From positions 24,056,001 through 24,120,000 of the forward strand of contig NC_042998.1 in assembly GCF_006345805.1 (NCBI RefSeq): a DNA stretch of 64,000 nucleotides, written 5' to 3'. The notes under the pieces were generated by a model. It ran no database searches. It saw only the letters and a program-made list of their open reading frames with translations, and was not told where the DNA came from. Positions 1 to 11,310 of the stretch are shown one piece after another. Origin of the DNA: Octopus sinensis (taxonomy: Eukaryota). Position 1 is the stretch's first letter; the number at the start of each line of letters is the position of its first letter. The position numbers were made by a program, and so were the translations under genes.

Positions 1-251
1 TGGTTCATCAACTTTAGGACATTAAAATGTTGACTTGATGAACCAACTAATGTGCTTCTCCATTTTCTTATTTGCAATATAAATTAATGATAAAATATTT
101 CTTTACCTTCACCCATTTAATACAATAAGTAAGTTTATTGCATTGCAATTAAAAACACTTGTGTATTAATAATTGGGTATTATACCAACTGTATATTGGA
201 TAAGTATTATACCTTAGTGGGTTGGATCCACAACCCCTAACTTTCTTAATG

Positions 252-286
<35 letters not shown>

Positions 287-287
<1 letters not shown>

Positions 288-683
288 TAGCAGTATCGCC
301 CGGCGTTGCTCGGGTTTGTAAGGGAAATAACTATATAAGCATTTTTAGAGAGTTATAGCCAAAAAATAGGAAAAAATGCATTAAAAATGGAAAAAAAAAT
401 TAAGGTAAATTTCTTTTTAAATCGTTGACACATCGTAGATATTTTTAGAGAGTTACTTCCCTTATATAATAGCGAAAAAAATGCATTAAAATGGAAAAAT
501 ATGATGGTAAATTTTTTTAAATCGTAGACTCATCGTAGACGCGCGCTAATACCCAGAAGGGCTCGATATGACTCACGACTATAAGATACCCGGTTTTGGT
601 TACACTGCACCGCAAAATGTGGAAGTAGTTAGGAATCTAAATCGTAGGAGACAGACACACAACTTCACTCTTATATATAAAGA
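287..683 (-). mobile_element. Non-autonomous Helitron
   Basis: On the minus strand it begins A|TC (683), ends with hairpin CCCGAGCAACGCCGGG followed 9 nt later by CTAG|T (287), and sits between A and T with no TSD: canonical Helitron termini. Confidence 0.8.
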
Positions 684-795
684 TATAAGTCACGTAGTTA
701 TATACACATACTTTGTTATATACACATTCTTAAAAGAAAATGTTATTTTGAATACAACATTTATAAAGAATAAAATATGTTTTGGTTTTTCTTAA

Positions 796-1500
796 CCCTT
801 TCGTTACTATATTTCTGACCAAAATACACCCCTTATGTGTTTCAATTAATTTCTAACGTAATCATAAATTTAGTCTGGTTTCATTAAACAACAATAACTT
901 TTTTATTTATCAATATATTAACGTGAATTTTGGAAGATAATTTAATGAAATGTCCTCAACCAATTCTATACTATAATTTTTGTCACAAAGTGACTCTAAT
1001 TGCAGGTAGATACAGGTAATTCAACAATATATAAAATTATTAAAATTTTGTTCAAACATCGCTATAGAAAATGGGTTATTAGCTAATATTCAATGGGGTA
1101 TACAACAAAATTTACGATAGAATTTGTTATTCTGGGTAACTTTCTGATACCCATAATAATATTTATGGCAAAATAGGCCTTAATTTCATTTAAGGTTGTA
1201 GGAAATAACAAACTATCCTTTCTTTCGTTTTGTTTACATTTAGCGTAACGTTTCGTTTCTGCCGTAATGATTTCAAATGGGCTCATTCGAAAAAGTAAAT
1301 AGAAATAGTCTAAGGCTTTACTCTTCTGGGAAAGTCTGTGGCTTGGTGCAGTTTCTTCAGAAAAATCACCGAAAGAAACAGTTTTTAAATTTTCACTCCA
1401 TTCAGGTACCAATTCGTTTTCTTTATCGCTGTCGGATTCACTGTTTTCACTTTAATAGCTGCAAACTTGCAAAGACAAAGGAGGAGAAGGGTGATAGCGT
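796..1500 (-). mobile_element. Internally deleted piggyBac-like transposon (one end retained)
   Basis: TTAA (792-795) followed by CCCTTTCGTTAC terminus; the same terminus flanks the MITE at 63004-63224; contains a transposase fragment. The other end was not found. Confidence 0.75.
1083..1412 (-). pseudogene. piggyBac transposase N-terminal fragment (DDE_Tnp_1_7-like)
   Basis: LDYFYLLF..FEIITAETKRYA...TTLNEIKAYFAINIIMGIRKLP matches the piggyBac/PGBD pattern F.LF....I..ETN.YA...T..E.KAF....I.MG..KLP; no catalytic core. Confidence 0.8.
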
Positions 1501-1519
1501 CAGTGAAACAATTCGCTCC

Positions 1520-1769
1520 CTTTGTGTGTGTGTGTGTTTGCGTGTGGTGTAAACCACATTAAGAAAAACATTTGACATACACACCAGAATGTGAGTTTTC
1601 TGTAAATTTTGCTTAATTGGAGTTTAAGTTTTAAAAACTGGACCTGGCATGACCCGATGCATTCTACTCTTAAAAATGGTAGGTAAATTGTAATTGAAGA
1701 AATCCTATATTGTAGATTTCTATAAGTTACAAAGGGAGGCAGATAAAATCTGCCTTTTATAATAAGAGA
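1520..1769 (-). mobile_element. Probable Helitron 5' end fragment
   Basis: Minus strand starts A|TCTCTTATTATAAAAGGCAGATTTTATCTGCCT (TC start, small hairpin), similar in style to the 5' end at 683; no matching CTRR end nearby. Confidence 0.4.
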
Positions 1770-1854
1770 TATATATATGTATAATTTAATAAATAAAATA
1801 TATGCATACATACATGCATATATGTATGTACCTACATCTACATGTATATATACA

Positions 1855-1912
<58 letters not shown>

Positions 1913-2174
1913 AGTACAGGACACCACAAATAAACGTACAACTCAACGAGAAACGAAAACATAAAAACAAACTAGGAAATGGACTTTTTTTAACAACGAA
2001 AAAACAGAGTACAGGACAAACAATACAAGGAACATTCCCCTTCATCAGCTGCCCCTGGTTCGACTCAATGCGTGTTTCGAAGGTAAGGGCAGAACACGAC
2101 CTGTTGAATCAGTCCTTCTTGCCAATATATAGATATGACAGGCTTTCTTTCACACAGTTTCTGTGTACTAAATT

Positions 2175-2290
2175 CAAGCACAGCCATTTACCGGAAGGGT
2201 GAAGGGTCCTGTCAGATTTCTTGCTTACTAGGAACCTGGTCTTTGCTAAGTTTACTCTAAGACTCTTTGATTCAAGTGTCTGAGGTTTCT
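2175..2290 (-). mobile_element. RTE LINE RT fragment
   Basis: LESKSLRVNLAKTRFLVSKKSDRTLHPSGKW aligns with LESKGLRINLAKTKVLISRKVDQSQTPSGRW of the long copy at ~42.1 kb. Confidence 0.8.
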
Positions 2291-2319
2291 TTGAATTTCT
2301 GTCAACCAAATTCACTCGC

Positions 2320-2432
2320 AAGGCATTGGTCTTGCTAGGGCTATAGTTGAAAACACTTGCCCAAGATGTGGCATGATGGGACTGAACCTGAATCCACATG
2401 CTTGCAAATCCTGCTTCTTAATCACACAGCAA
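2320..2432 (-). mobile_element. SINE family A, 5' fragment
   Basis: Degenerate reverse complement of the family A head (gctgtgtgattaag...ggttcagtccc...cttgggcaagtgt). Confidence 0.7.
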
Positions 2433-2809
2433 ATACACTGTCACTATATCAACGAAACAAGTGGACCCAATTCCTAAACATGATTAATTTTCGGTAATCA
2501 ATTAACCCAAATATCCCTTTTACCAACCAAAACTTGAGCCCCCGTAAAGAATAGTGATTATCATGAAAAGGATTAGGGTTTATCATTCCAAAAATATTTT
2601 TTGCTATTTTAGTCATTTTTCTTTGAGGCAAATAATGGTTTCTGTTATTTCATTTAAATATATTCTTGTGTTTTGTACTTCATTTGTTAGTTAGTATATA
2701 TTTTTATAATGGTACTATAGCTATCAGTACCATCTGATGACTTGGCTTCCATACATGGAAGATATTGGAGTTGATACTAAATTTTGGAATGTCTTTTGGG
2801 TGTTACCCT

Positions 2810-3335
2810 TGTGTGTGTGTGTGTAAGTATGTATGTATATTTGTATACATGTATACATACATACGCATAAATACAAATATACATATTTGCTGCAAAATTT
2901 GGTGATATTTTTGTATGTTTGTTGTTGCTATGTGGAAAAATAAAGAACAAAAAAGAAAAAAAGAACAGCTTTGTTTAAAAAAAACAAACTAAAATGCAAA
3001 GAAAGAAATAAGCAAAATAACCAAACAATATCAAGAAAGCAAAATGCACAAAACAAAACTGATAAAAAAATGTAGAAAAAGTAGAAATTCTTTTGATCAG
3101 CGAAATGAAACCAATTATCTTCTGTAGCAAAAAGTAAATTATACATTATTCAAATTTTGTTAATATCAGGAGGAAGCAAGACATCCATACATACATACAT
3201 ACATACATACATACATACATACATACTTTCATACATACATATAAATATATATACATATATAACGCATATTATTTGTATGTAAATATACATATGTACAATG
3301 TGTATATATATATATACATACATATATATATATAC

Positions 3336-3386
<51 letters not shown>

Positions 3387-3459
3387 TATATACATATATA
3401 CATGCATATATGCATATATATATTTATATATATATGCATATATATTATACATATATGTA

Positions 3460-3500
<41 letters not shown>

Positions 3501-3560
3501 TTATATATATATTATATATATGCAGATATAGATATGCGTGCATATATATATATATATACA
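2810..3560. repeat. Compound (TA)n/(CATA)n/(TG)n microsatellite tract
   Basis: Direct inspection; source of the YI/IY pseudo-ORFs. Confidence 0.9.
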
Positions 3561-3778
3561 CTTGAGGAGATTCATTATAGGTATAAGAATATACCATAAA
3601 CAAGTATAAAAAAATGGAGAGAAGATGTTGAAGCAGAAATAGATTTATTATTAAACTGGATTCAATGCATACATATGTTTCGAAAAACAATGCAAAAAAA
3701 ATTAGGAAAAAATATTAATTTCTCTCCTACAAAAAAAGTTTGAATTGTTCTTTTTGAACTTACCTTTTCATATATATA

Positions 3779-4691
3779 TCATCATCATCATCATCATCAT
3801 CATCATTTAACGTCCGCTTTCCATGCTAGCATGGGTTGGACGGTTCAACTGGTGTCTGGGGAGCCCAAAGGCTGCACCAGGCCAGTCAGATCTGGCAGTG
3901 TTTCTACAGCTGGATGCCCTTCCTAACGCCAACCACTCCGAGAGTGTAGTGGGTGATTTTATGTGCCACCGACACAGGTGCCAGACGAGGCTGGCGAACG
4001 GCCACGCTCGGATGGTGTTTTTATGTGCCACCGACACAGGTGCCAGACAAGGCTAGCAGACGACCACGCTCGGATGGTGTTTTTTTATGTGCCACCGACA
4101 CAGGAGCCAGATTAGGCTAGCGATCGGCCACGATTGGGTGGTGATTGTTACGTGCCCACAGCATGGAGGCCAGTCGGTGCGGTACTGGCTACGCCCACGT
4201 TCGGATGGTATTCTTGTGTGCCACCGGCACTGGTACCACAAAGATACAAATTCCATTGATGTTCATCTATTTTGATTTTGTTTGATTTTCACTTGCCTCA
4301 ACAGGTCTTCACAAGTGTCACAAGAAGGAAGGTGGACTGACTACGTCCTAGGTAGGGGCCACGGGTTATGGCCTGACTAGTCTTGCCGGGTCTTCTCACG
4401 CACAGCATACTTCCATAGGTCTCGGTCTCTAGTCATTTCCTTGGTGAGACCTAAAGTTCGTAGGTCGTGCTTCACCACTTCGTCCCAGGTTTTCCTGGGT
4501 CTACCTCTTCCACAGGTTCCCTCAACTGCTAGGGTGTAGCACTTTTGCACACAACTATCTTCAGCCATTCTCGTCATATGACCATACCAGCGCAGCCGTC
4601 TCTCTTGCACACCACAACTGACGCTTCTTAGGTTCAACTTTTCTCTCAAGGTACTTACACTCTGACGATTATGAACACTGACATTACACAT

Positions 4692-4695
<4 letters not shown>
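3779..4695 (-). mobile_element. 5'-truncated RTE LINE (ORF C-terminus, 3' UTR with ~4 array units, (GAT)n tail)
   Basis: WMCNVSVHNRQSVSTLREKLNLRS...RRLRWYGHM.RM...GRGRPRKTW...LWKYAVREKTRQD* is nearly identical to 42.6-42.96 kb; (CAT)n on plus at 3779-3805; (TA)n on both flanks. Confidence 0.95.
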
Positions 4696-4748
<53 letters not shown>

Positions 4749-4943
4749 CATATACTTACTCTTCTATAAAGGGTACGTCTCTCTTAAACATTTTTCATTC
4801 ATATTTTGAAATAACTGCTAGCTGCATCAGCTTAAGTATATATTCAACTAGACACACATTCTTTAGTTTGCTCTCAATTATTCATAACAGTAAAATATGT
4901 ATATCTGAATTAGTTATCTGCTACTTCCTTCATCAAGTCTTCT

Positions 4944-4945
<2 letters not shown>

Positions 4946-4981
<36 letters not shown>

Positions 4982-5149
4982 TTTTTGTTTGTATACTTCT
5001 TGTAGTGATATGTAATTGATTTAATTTAATAAAATTAATTCTAATTATTCTACCATGTTAATATTGTATCTCAGAATGTTGTGATGGGCGAAATACCACT
5101 AAGCATTTCATTCAATGGGCTACTGATTCTACCAGCCTTCTGCCTTTTC

Positions 5150-5226
<77 letters not shown>
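4946..5226. repeat. (TAA)n microsatellites
   Basis: Two pure TAA runs (4946-4980, 5150-5226). Confidence 0.9.
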
Positions 5227-5227
<1 letters not shown>

Positions 5228-5249
5228 GTGATCTTTTCTACTCTAGGCA

Positions 5250-5432
5250 CAAGGCCTTGAAAATATTTTGGGAAGGGGACCAGTTAATTATATCGACCCC
5301 TGTGCACAACAGGTATTTATTTCATCGACCCTGAAAGAATGAAAGACAAAGTCAACCTTGGCGAAATTAGAACCCAGAATGTAGCTGCAGACAAAATACC
5401 TGGTGTGCTAACGATTCTGCCAGCTCACCACC
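5250..5432 (-). mobile_element. SINE family B variant, degraded
   Basis: Shares atcgacccc...gaaag.atgaaag.caaagtc.acct...gaactcagaacgt...ctgccagctcaccacc with family B; alternative 3' end as at 31119-31290. Confidence 0.7.
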
Positions 5433-5436
5433 TTAA

Positions 5437-5467
<31 letters not shown>

Positions 5468-5689
5468 AATAATGAAGGAAAAAACATAATAATAATAATA
5501 ATAATTATTATAATAATAATAATAATAATAATTATGATGGATGATAATGGTAATAATAGTGAAAATAATAATAATGATAATAATAATTTAGCCAAAACTC
5601 ACATTGGATCAGAGAAAATATTAACAATGACAAATAGTAAAAAAATGAAAATAATAATATCAGTTATGATAATAATAATGAAAGGATAC

Positions 5690-7440
5690 AAGTGGAATCT
5701 CCATATGCTCTGATTGATGATACATCTAGTGATGGTGTCACAATAAAAACACTGGTAATTGTGCAACTTGATAATCACTACCTCATACGAGTGACAATAG
5801 AAAAACAAAATATTGAGAATAATGGTGGTAATGAAACTGAAGCTACTGATGATGACAGTGTTACACCCGGCAGGCTCTGAGATTATGGTCCAACTCCAGC
5901 TTGTTATTATCCAGCAAGGAACCAGCAAGGGACCACGCGTAGATGGAACAAACAAGTCAATACTGTGGTCACAGAATGTGAGCAACCCTGTAAATGAAAA
6001 TGGTGTTCATCTTAGGGAATACCAGCAATGTATGTATGATCAATGGAGAGAAAGAGGATTGTTTCAACTGACAGAACAGAGATTATGTGATGAAGCTAGA
6101 GCAATAAGATAAAATCGTTGGTTCACAGATGTAGAGTTTGCAGCTATTAAAAAATGGGTATTGCAAAGCAGCAGCAGAGGAAACAATGAAAGTACAGTTC
6201 CTACTGATAAAAGTAATCTCATAGCAGAAAACAGAGGTGAAATCTCTAATAAACCACAGGAAAGGAACAGTGATAGCTTGCTCAATGAGAGACATAAAGA
6301 TGGTTTGGAAGAAGACGATAAAACTAATGGTGACATGACACATGGGCAAAAGGCAATCTATGACAGAATAAAGGCAAGGCTAAAGAGAACGATAGAGACA
6401 TTATTTGCAACCTTAAAAAGGTCGATCGGTGGAAATTGGACCAGGAAACAGAAAATGTCAATGAAATTTTCAATTACATCAGAGCAAAAAACATCATAGA
6501 AACAAATAATTTGATCAAGGCAGCAGGTATTGTTGTAGCAGAAAATGTGGGTGTTGAAGCCAAGAAAAAGAATTATAATGGGAGAGACAAATGAAAGGAT
6601 CCATGGTGGAAAAGAAGAATAGAGGTGGGGGTTAGATATGTTCTGGAAGGACATTTCTGTATTAGACTGAAAAGAGAAGGGGGGGTTTAAAAGTGAGCAA
6701 AAATACAGGGTACTGAACAGGAAGTGTGATATTGAAAGAAAGGGCCTGAAAGTGATAATGAAGGAGCTGAAACAGCACCTCATTGCAAAGAAAGCAAAGA
6801 TAGTAAGACACGACCAAAGAATAGATTATTCAGAGTAGATCAGAAGAGATTCTAAAAAAGAAATAAATGGAGAGTGTACAGATGAAAAGATGATACCAAA
6901 TAACATTGAAAGTCAATGGAGTGACATCTGAAGTAATGACAAAGAGCACGAGAAGGATGCTGAATGGTTGCAAAAACTGAAATAAACAGTAGTCTGTTCA
7001 AATCAGGCAGAACTAGTCATTTCAGTTAGGGAAGTGAAAGAAATCAGCCAAAAAATGGGCAACTAGAAGGCCCCGGGAACAGATAGGGTTCAAGGCTACT
7101 GGATCAAAAGATTTGGCAAATGTCATGCATGAATAGCTGCACAACTCAATACCTTATTAAAATACTGATCAAGTAACACCAGAGTGGTTGACAATGGATA
7201 GGACAGTGCTGTGCTTATAAAACATCGAAAAGGCAATATGGTAGACAATTACAGGCCAATATCCTATTTGCCACGTATGTGAAAATTATTGACTTGAATA
7301 CTCACAGAGTCAATGTACGAACATCTGGAAAAAAGCGGAGTCCTGTCACATGAGCAGAAGGGTGGCAAGTGTAAGTGCAGAGGTACCAAGGATCAACTCC
7401 TGATAGATAAAACTGTACTTAGAGACTGCAAAAGGAGGAA
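5690..7440 (+). mobile_element. Degraded R4/Dong-type (RLE) non-LTR retrotransposon, 5' half
   Basis: N-terminal motif RRWNKQVN..V.EC...MYDQWRERGLFQLTEQRLCDEARAIR; RT start KAPGTD.VQGYWIK...NYRPISYL...[24 protein letters not shown]; many stops and frameshifts. Confidence 0.85.
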
Positions 7441-8022
7441 TTTAGCACCTTCAGACTATCATCTCTTTGGCCCCATGAAAGAGGGTTTGAGAGGTAAACA
7501 TTATTCCAGTGACAAGGAAGTGAAAACTTTAGTGACGTAGTGGCTCAAAGAGCAGTCAACAGAATTTTATGGGGCAGGGATACATGCTCTCATTTGAAGG
7601 TGGAACATGGCCATTGAGAGAAACAGTGACTATGTTGAGGAGTAGGGATGTGATCCACAGAGGACCAGCTTCATTTTGATGTATGATACATGTTCCTGTG
7701 TTGGTAATTATATATAAATAAATGCACCCTTTTAAAGCCTCACCAGGCTCATGGGCCCGGTTTCCTGGTTTCTATGGCATATGTGTTCCCCATCTGGACG
7801 GGATGCCAGTCCATTGCAGCGTTACTCATTTTTGCCAGCTGAGTGGACTGGAGCAACGTGAAATGAGGTGTTTTGCTCAAGTACACAACGCGTCGCCCGG
7901 TCCAGGAATTGAAACCACAATCTTACGATCATGATGCTGACACCCTAACCACTAAGCCACGTGCCTCCATGTTGGTAATTATACCTGTCCTAAAAATAGC
8001 ATTACTTTTTGACCTACCCTCG
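7437..8022 (+). mobile_element. mariner transposon 3' fragment, interrupted by a SINE
   Basis: [29 protein letters not shown]...WLKEQSTEFY..GIHALI.RW (mariner LAPSDYHLF motif); TIR-like end ...gcattactttttgacctaccctcg|TA at 8022. Confidence 0.85.
7713..7969 (-). mobile_element. tRNA-derived SINE family C (CORE-like)
   Basis: A box TGGCTTAGTGG, B-box-like GTTTCAATTCC, CORE-like ttgtgtacttgagcaaaacac; 14-bp TSD tgttggtaattata at 7699-7712 and 7970-7983. Confidence 0.9.
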
Positions 8023-8778
8023 TAAACATAATGAAAACATAATGATAATATTAATCTTTCACAACATAAACACTAAGCCCTAAATTTGGAGATGAGGTAT
8101 TGTAATACTTGGGTGGAAGGGTATTTTATCAAACTCCACAAGGAAGAATGGCAAAGATTACCTCAGTAAGATTTGAAGTCTGAATGTAAAGAGATGTAAT
8201 AAAAGACCTGAATGGAATTTCTGCAGCATTCTACTAATTCTGCCAATCCACTGTTATGATGTGAGCATGACAGGTGGGTGGGTAAGAATGAATTATTGCT
8301 GCAAAGATTGCATAAAAAAAAAGGTGTTAACTTGCAAAGTAAGAATGAAAGAATCAGCAACATTTCCAGATTGTTGACCTTCAGATTATAGATTCCAGGA
8401 ACAAAATCTCAATCAATGTTGCAGAAGCATTATTGAACAAGAATATGGCAGAATTATAGGTTTGCTGAAGGCCAATAATTCTCTCCCTATTGTACTGGAT
8501 GAATTTAATGGTGGATGACAGCATCACAAAAATAAGAAAATGAAAAAAGAAATGTGCAGACCATTATACGCTGGAATTCTGCTCTGATTGCATCATCATC
8601 TTCATCAACGACAACAAAAACAAGAACAACAGTAATAATGTTGATTTCAAATTTTGACTCGAGGCCAGCAATTTTAGGGGAATGATAAATTGATTACATC
8701 GACCCCCAGTCGTGTTTATTTTATCAACCCCTAAAGAATGAAAAGCAAATTTTACCTAACTGGGATTTGAAATTGAAA

Positions 8779-9197
8779 GGTGGCGAGCTGGCAGAAACGT
8801 TAGCACACCGGGCGAAATACTTAGCTGTATTTCGTCTGCCGCTACGTTCTGAGTTCAAATTCCGCCGAGGTCGACTTTGCCTTTCATCCTTTTGGGGTCG
8901 ATTAAATAAGTACCAGTTATACACTGGGGTCGATATAACCGACTTAATCCTTTTGTCTGTCCTTGTTTGTCCTGTCTGTGTTTAGCCCCTTGTGGGTAGT
9001 AAAGAAATAGGTTTTTCGTCTGCCGCTACGTTCGGAGTTCAAATTCCGCCAAGGTCGACTTTGCCTTTCATCCTTTCGGGGTCGATTAAATAAGTACCAG
9101 TTATGCACTGGGGGTCGATATAATCGACTTAATCTGTTTGTCTGTCCTTGTTTGTCCTGTCTGTGTTTAGCCCCTTGTGGGTAGTAAAGAAATAGGT
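8779..9197 (+). mobile_element. SINE family B head-to-tail dimer
   Basis: A box TGGCAGAAACGTTAG, B box GTTCAAATTCC; the second unit lacks the first ~45 nt; 11-bp TSD atttgaaattg at 8765-8775 and 9198-9208. Confidence 0.9.
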
Positions 9198-9370
9198 ATT
9201 TGAAATTGGAACATAAAGCTTTAGAAGAAATGCTACAAAGTAGTATCATGTCTGAAGCATTAACCATTCAGCCAGCTTACCACCTTAATAATAATAGTAA
9301 AAGTTTTAAGTTTTGGCACAGTTGCATCGACCCCATTGCTCATCTGGTACCTATGTTGTCAACCTTGAAA

Positions 9371-9772
9371 GGCGCAGGAGTGGCTGTGTGGTAAGTAGTT
9401 TGCTAACCAACCACATGGTTCCGGGTTCAGTCCCACTGTGTGGCATCTTGGGCAAGTGTCTTCTGCTATAGCCCCGGGCCGACCAATGCCTTGTGAGTGG
9501 ATTTGGTAGACGGAACCTGAAAGAAGCCTGTCGTATATATGTATATATATATAAGTGTGTGTGTATATGTTTGTGTATATGTGTTTGTCCCCCTAGCATT
9601 GCTTGACAACCGATGCTGGTGTGTTTACGTCTCCGTCACTTAGCAGTTCGGCAAAAGAGTCCGATGGAATAAGTACTGGGCTTACAAAGAATAAGTCCCG
9701 GGGTTGATTTGCTCGACTAAAGGCGGTGCTCCAGCATAGCCACAGTCAAATGACTGAAACAAGTAAAAGAGT
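9371..9772 (+). mobile_element. tRNA-derived SINE family A, full length
   Basis: Head ggcgcaggagtggctgtgtggtaag...ggttcagtccc, central (TA)/(TG) tract, tail gcggtgctccagcat.gcc.cagtcaaatgactgaaacaagtaaaagagta; more than 15 copies in the window. Confidence 0.9.
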
Positions 9773-9908
9773 ATGATAAGCAAAGTCGACCTTGCAAAAT
9801 TTGAACTCAGAACATAAAGATGGATAAAATGACACTGAGCATTTTCCCTGTGTTGTAACGATTCTGCCAGCTCACTGCCTTTACAGCTATTACTACTAAT
9901 ATTGCGGT

Positions 9909-10092
9909 GGAGGCACAATGGCCCGGTGGTTAGAGCAGCGGACTTGTGGTTGTCATAGGATCACGATTTTGATTCCCAGATCAGGCGTTGTGAGTGTTAA
10001 TTGAGTGAAAACACCTAAAGCTCCATGAGGCTCTGGCAGGGGGGGGGGGGTGAACCCTGCTGTACTCTTTCACCATAACTTTCTCTCACTCT
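9909..10092 (+). mobile_element. tRNA-derived SINE family E, 5' part
   Basis: ggaggcacaatggcccggtggttagagcagcgg...aaaacacctaaagctcca.gaggctctggcagggg matches the copy at 33379-33755. Confidence 0.8.
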
Positions 10093-10301
10093 TGTATATA
10101 TATATATATATATACATATGCGTTGTAAACGTCACTTGCTGCAAATGGAGAATCAGAATTTGATGTTGTCGTAAGACGACCTGCTTTATTTTATATTATT
10201 AATTTTATTGTCTGTTTTCCTGGATTAATTCATTTTGACCTCGAATATTTCGGATTAGACGTCTTTCATGGGTTTGTGGAATATTGAGTTTGATTGGAAA
10301 T

Positions 10302-10345
10302 CCACCTGACGAATGTCATTTGAAGACATGAAACAATTGTAGTGG
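10302..10345 (+). ncRNA. Minimal type I hammerhead ribozyme
   Basis: CCAC CUGACGA AUGUC(auuugaa)GACAU GAAAC AAUU GUA GUGG: full core, 5-bp stem II, palindromic stem III ACAAUUGU, stem I CCAC/GUGG. Confidence 0.85.
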
Positions 10346-10437
10346 CGATTTATTTACTTTATATTAAAATTTTTTATGTATTGATTAAGTCTTTCCTTGT
10401 TTGATTGCAAAATAGTGGTTTTGTCTCGAATTAATAT

Positions 10438-10471
<34 letters not shown>

Positions 10472-11267
10472 GTATCTATGTATGTGTGTGTATATATACA
10501 TATATATATATATACATATAGTATATTATATATACATACATATATATACATATTATATTTATACATATATATACATATATATATATATAATATATATATT
10601 AAATTTAGCAATTAAGGACAACTACTTCAAAGGAAAACTTAACAAGAAATTGTCAGGTAGATAGCGTAAAAACCTATTTTCGATGTTGGTTATTTTTTTT
10701 ACATTGTTTCGTTCATAATTTTTGAGTGGTGTTTCGTTTTGCCAGTGAATAACGGGTGGTGGACTAGCGTTGCTTGGAATTGTGATGGAATAGTGTAGTA
10801 GTGAGGTAGGCATAGAGAATGGGATTGGGTTACTGCAAGTTGTTGTTAGAGCTGCTAAGGTGAGTTAAAGCTCATAAATGTATTTATGATTTTTGTGGGT
10901 GTTGAAGTATTGTTGTATATGTCGAGTTAGTGAGTATGTATATGCGTATATGTGAGGGAGTATATGTATCTGTGTGTGTCGTGTTTTGCGTGTGTGTGTG
11001 TGTTTGTGTGTGAATGTTTTGGTTAGGGGGATTACTATATAGGTTTGTTTTAGAGTTTAGCAAAGGGAGATTTATCGTTATATGTTTTTTGAAGAGTTTT
11101 GTTTTATCATGGTTTTTTTAGGAATTCGTGGTAATTTGTCTATATTTTCGATATGATTATATATAGGTTATATATGGATTATATACTTATATTTTTTTTC
11201 ATTTATACTTTAATTATTTAAATTATTATTTTTATATTTTAAAATTTTGATTTTTTAGATTGGAAGT

Positions 11268-11310
11268 CCACCTGAAGATTGTCGATCAAGACAAGAAACG
11301 ATTGTAGTGG
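11268..11310 (+). ncRNA. Minimal type I hammerhead ribozyme
   Basis: CCAC CUGAAGA UUGUC(gaucaa)GACAA GAAAC GAUU GUA GUGG: full core, with a compensatory A-U to U-A change at the base of stem II relative to the 10302 copy. Confidence 0.85.

Noticed and set aside
2030-2095. Minus-strand GAAAC...GUC...CUGAUGA as a type II hammerhead
   Set aside because: Stem I cannot form and stem III has only 2 bp.
9371-9440. tRNA genes at SINE heads
   Set aside because: A/B-box-like motifs only; no cloverleaf, and they continue into SINE bodies.
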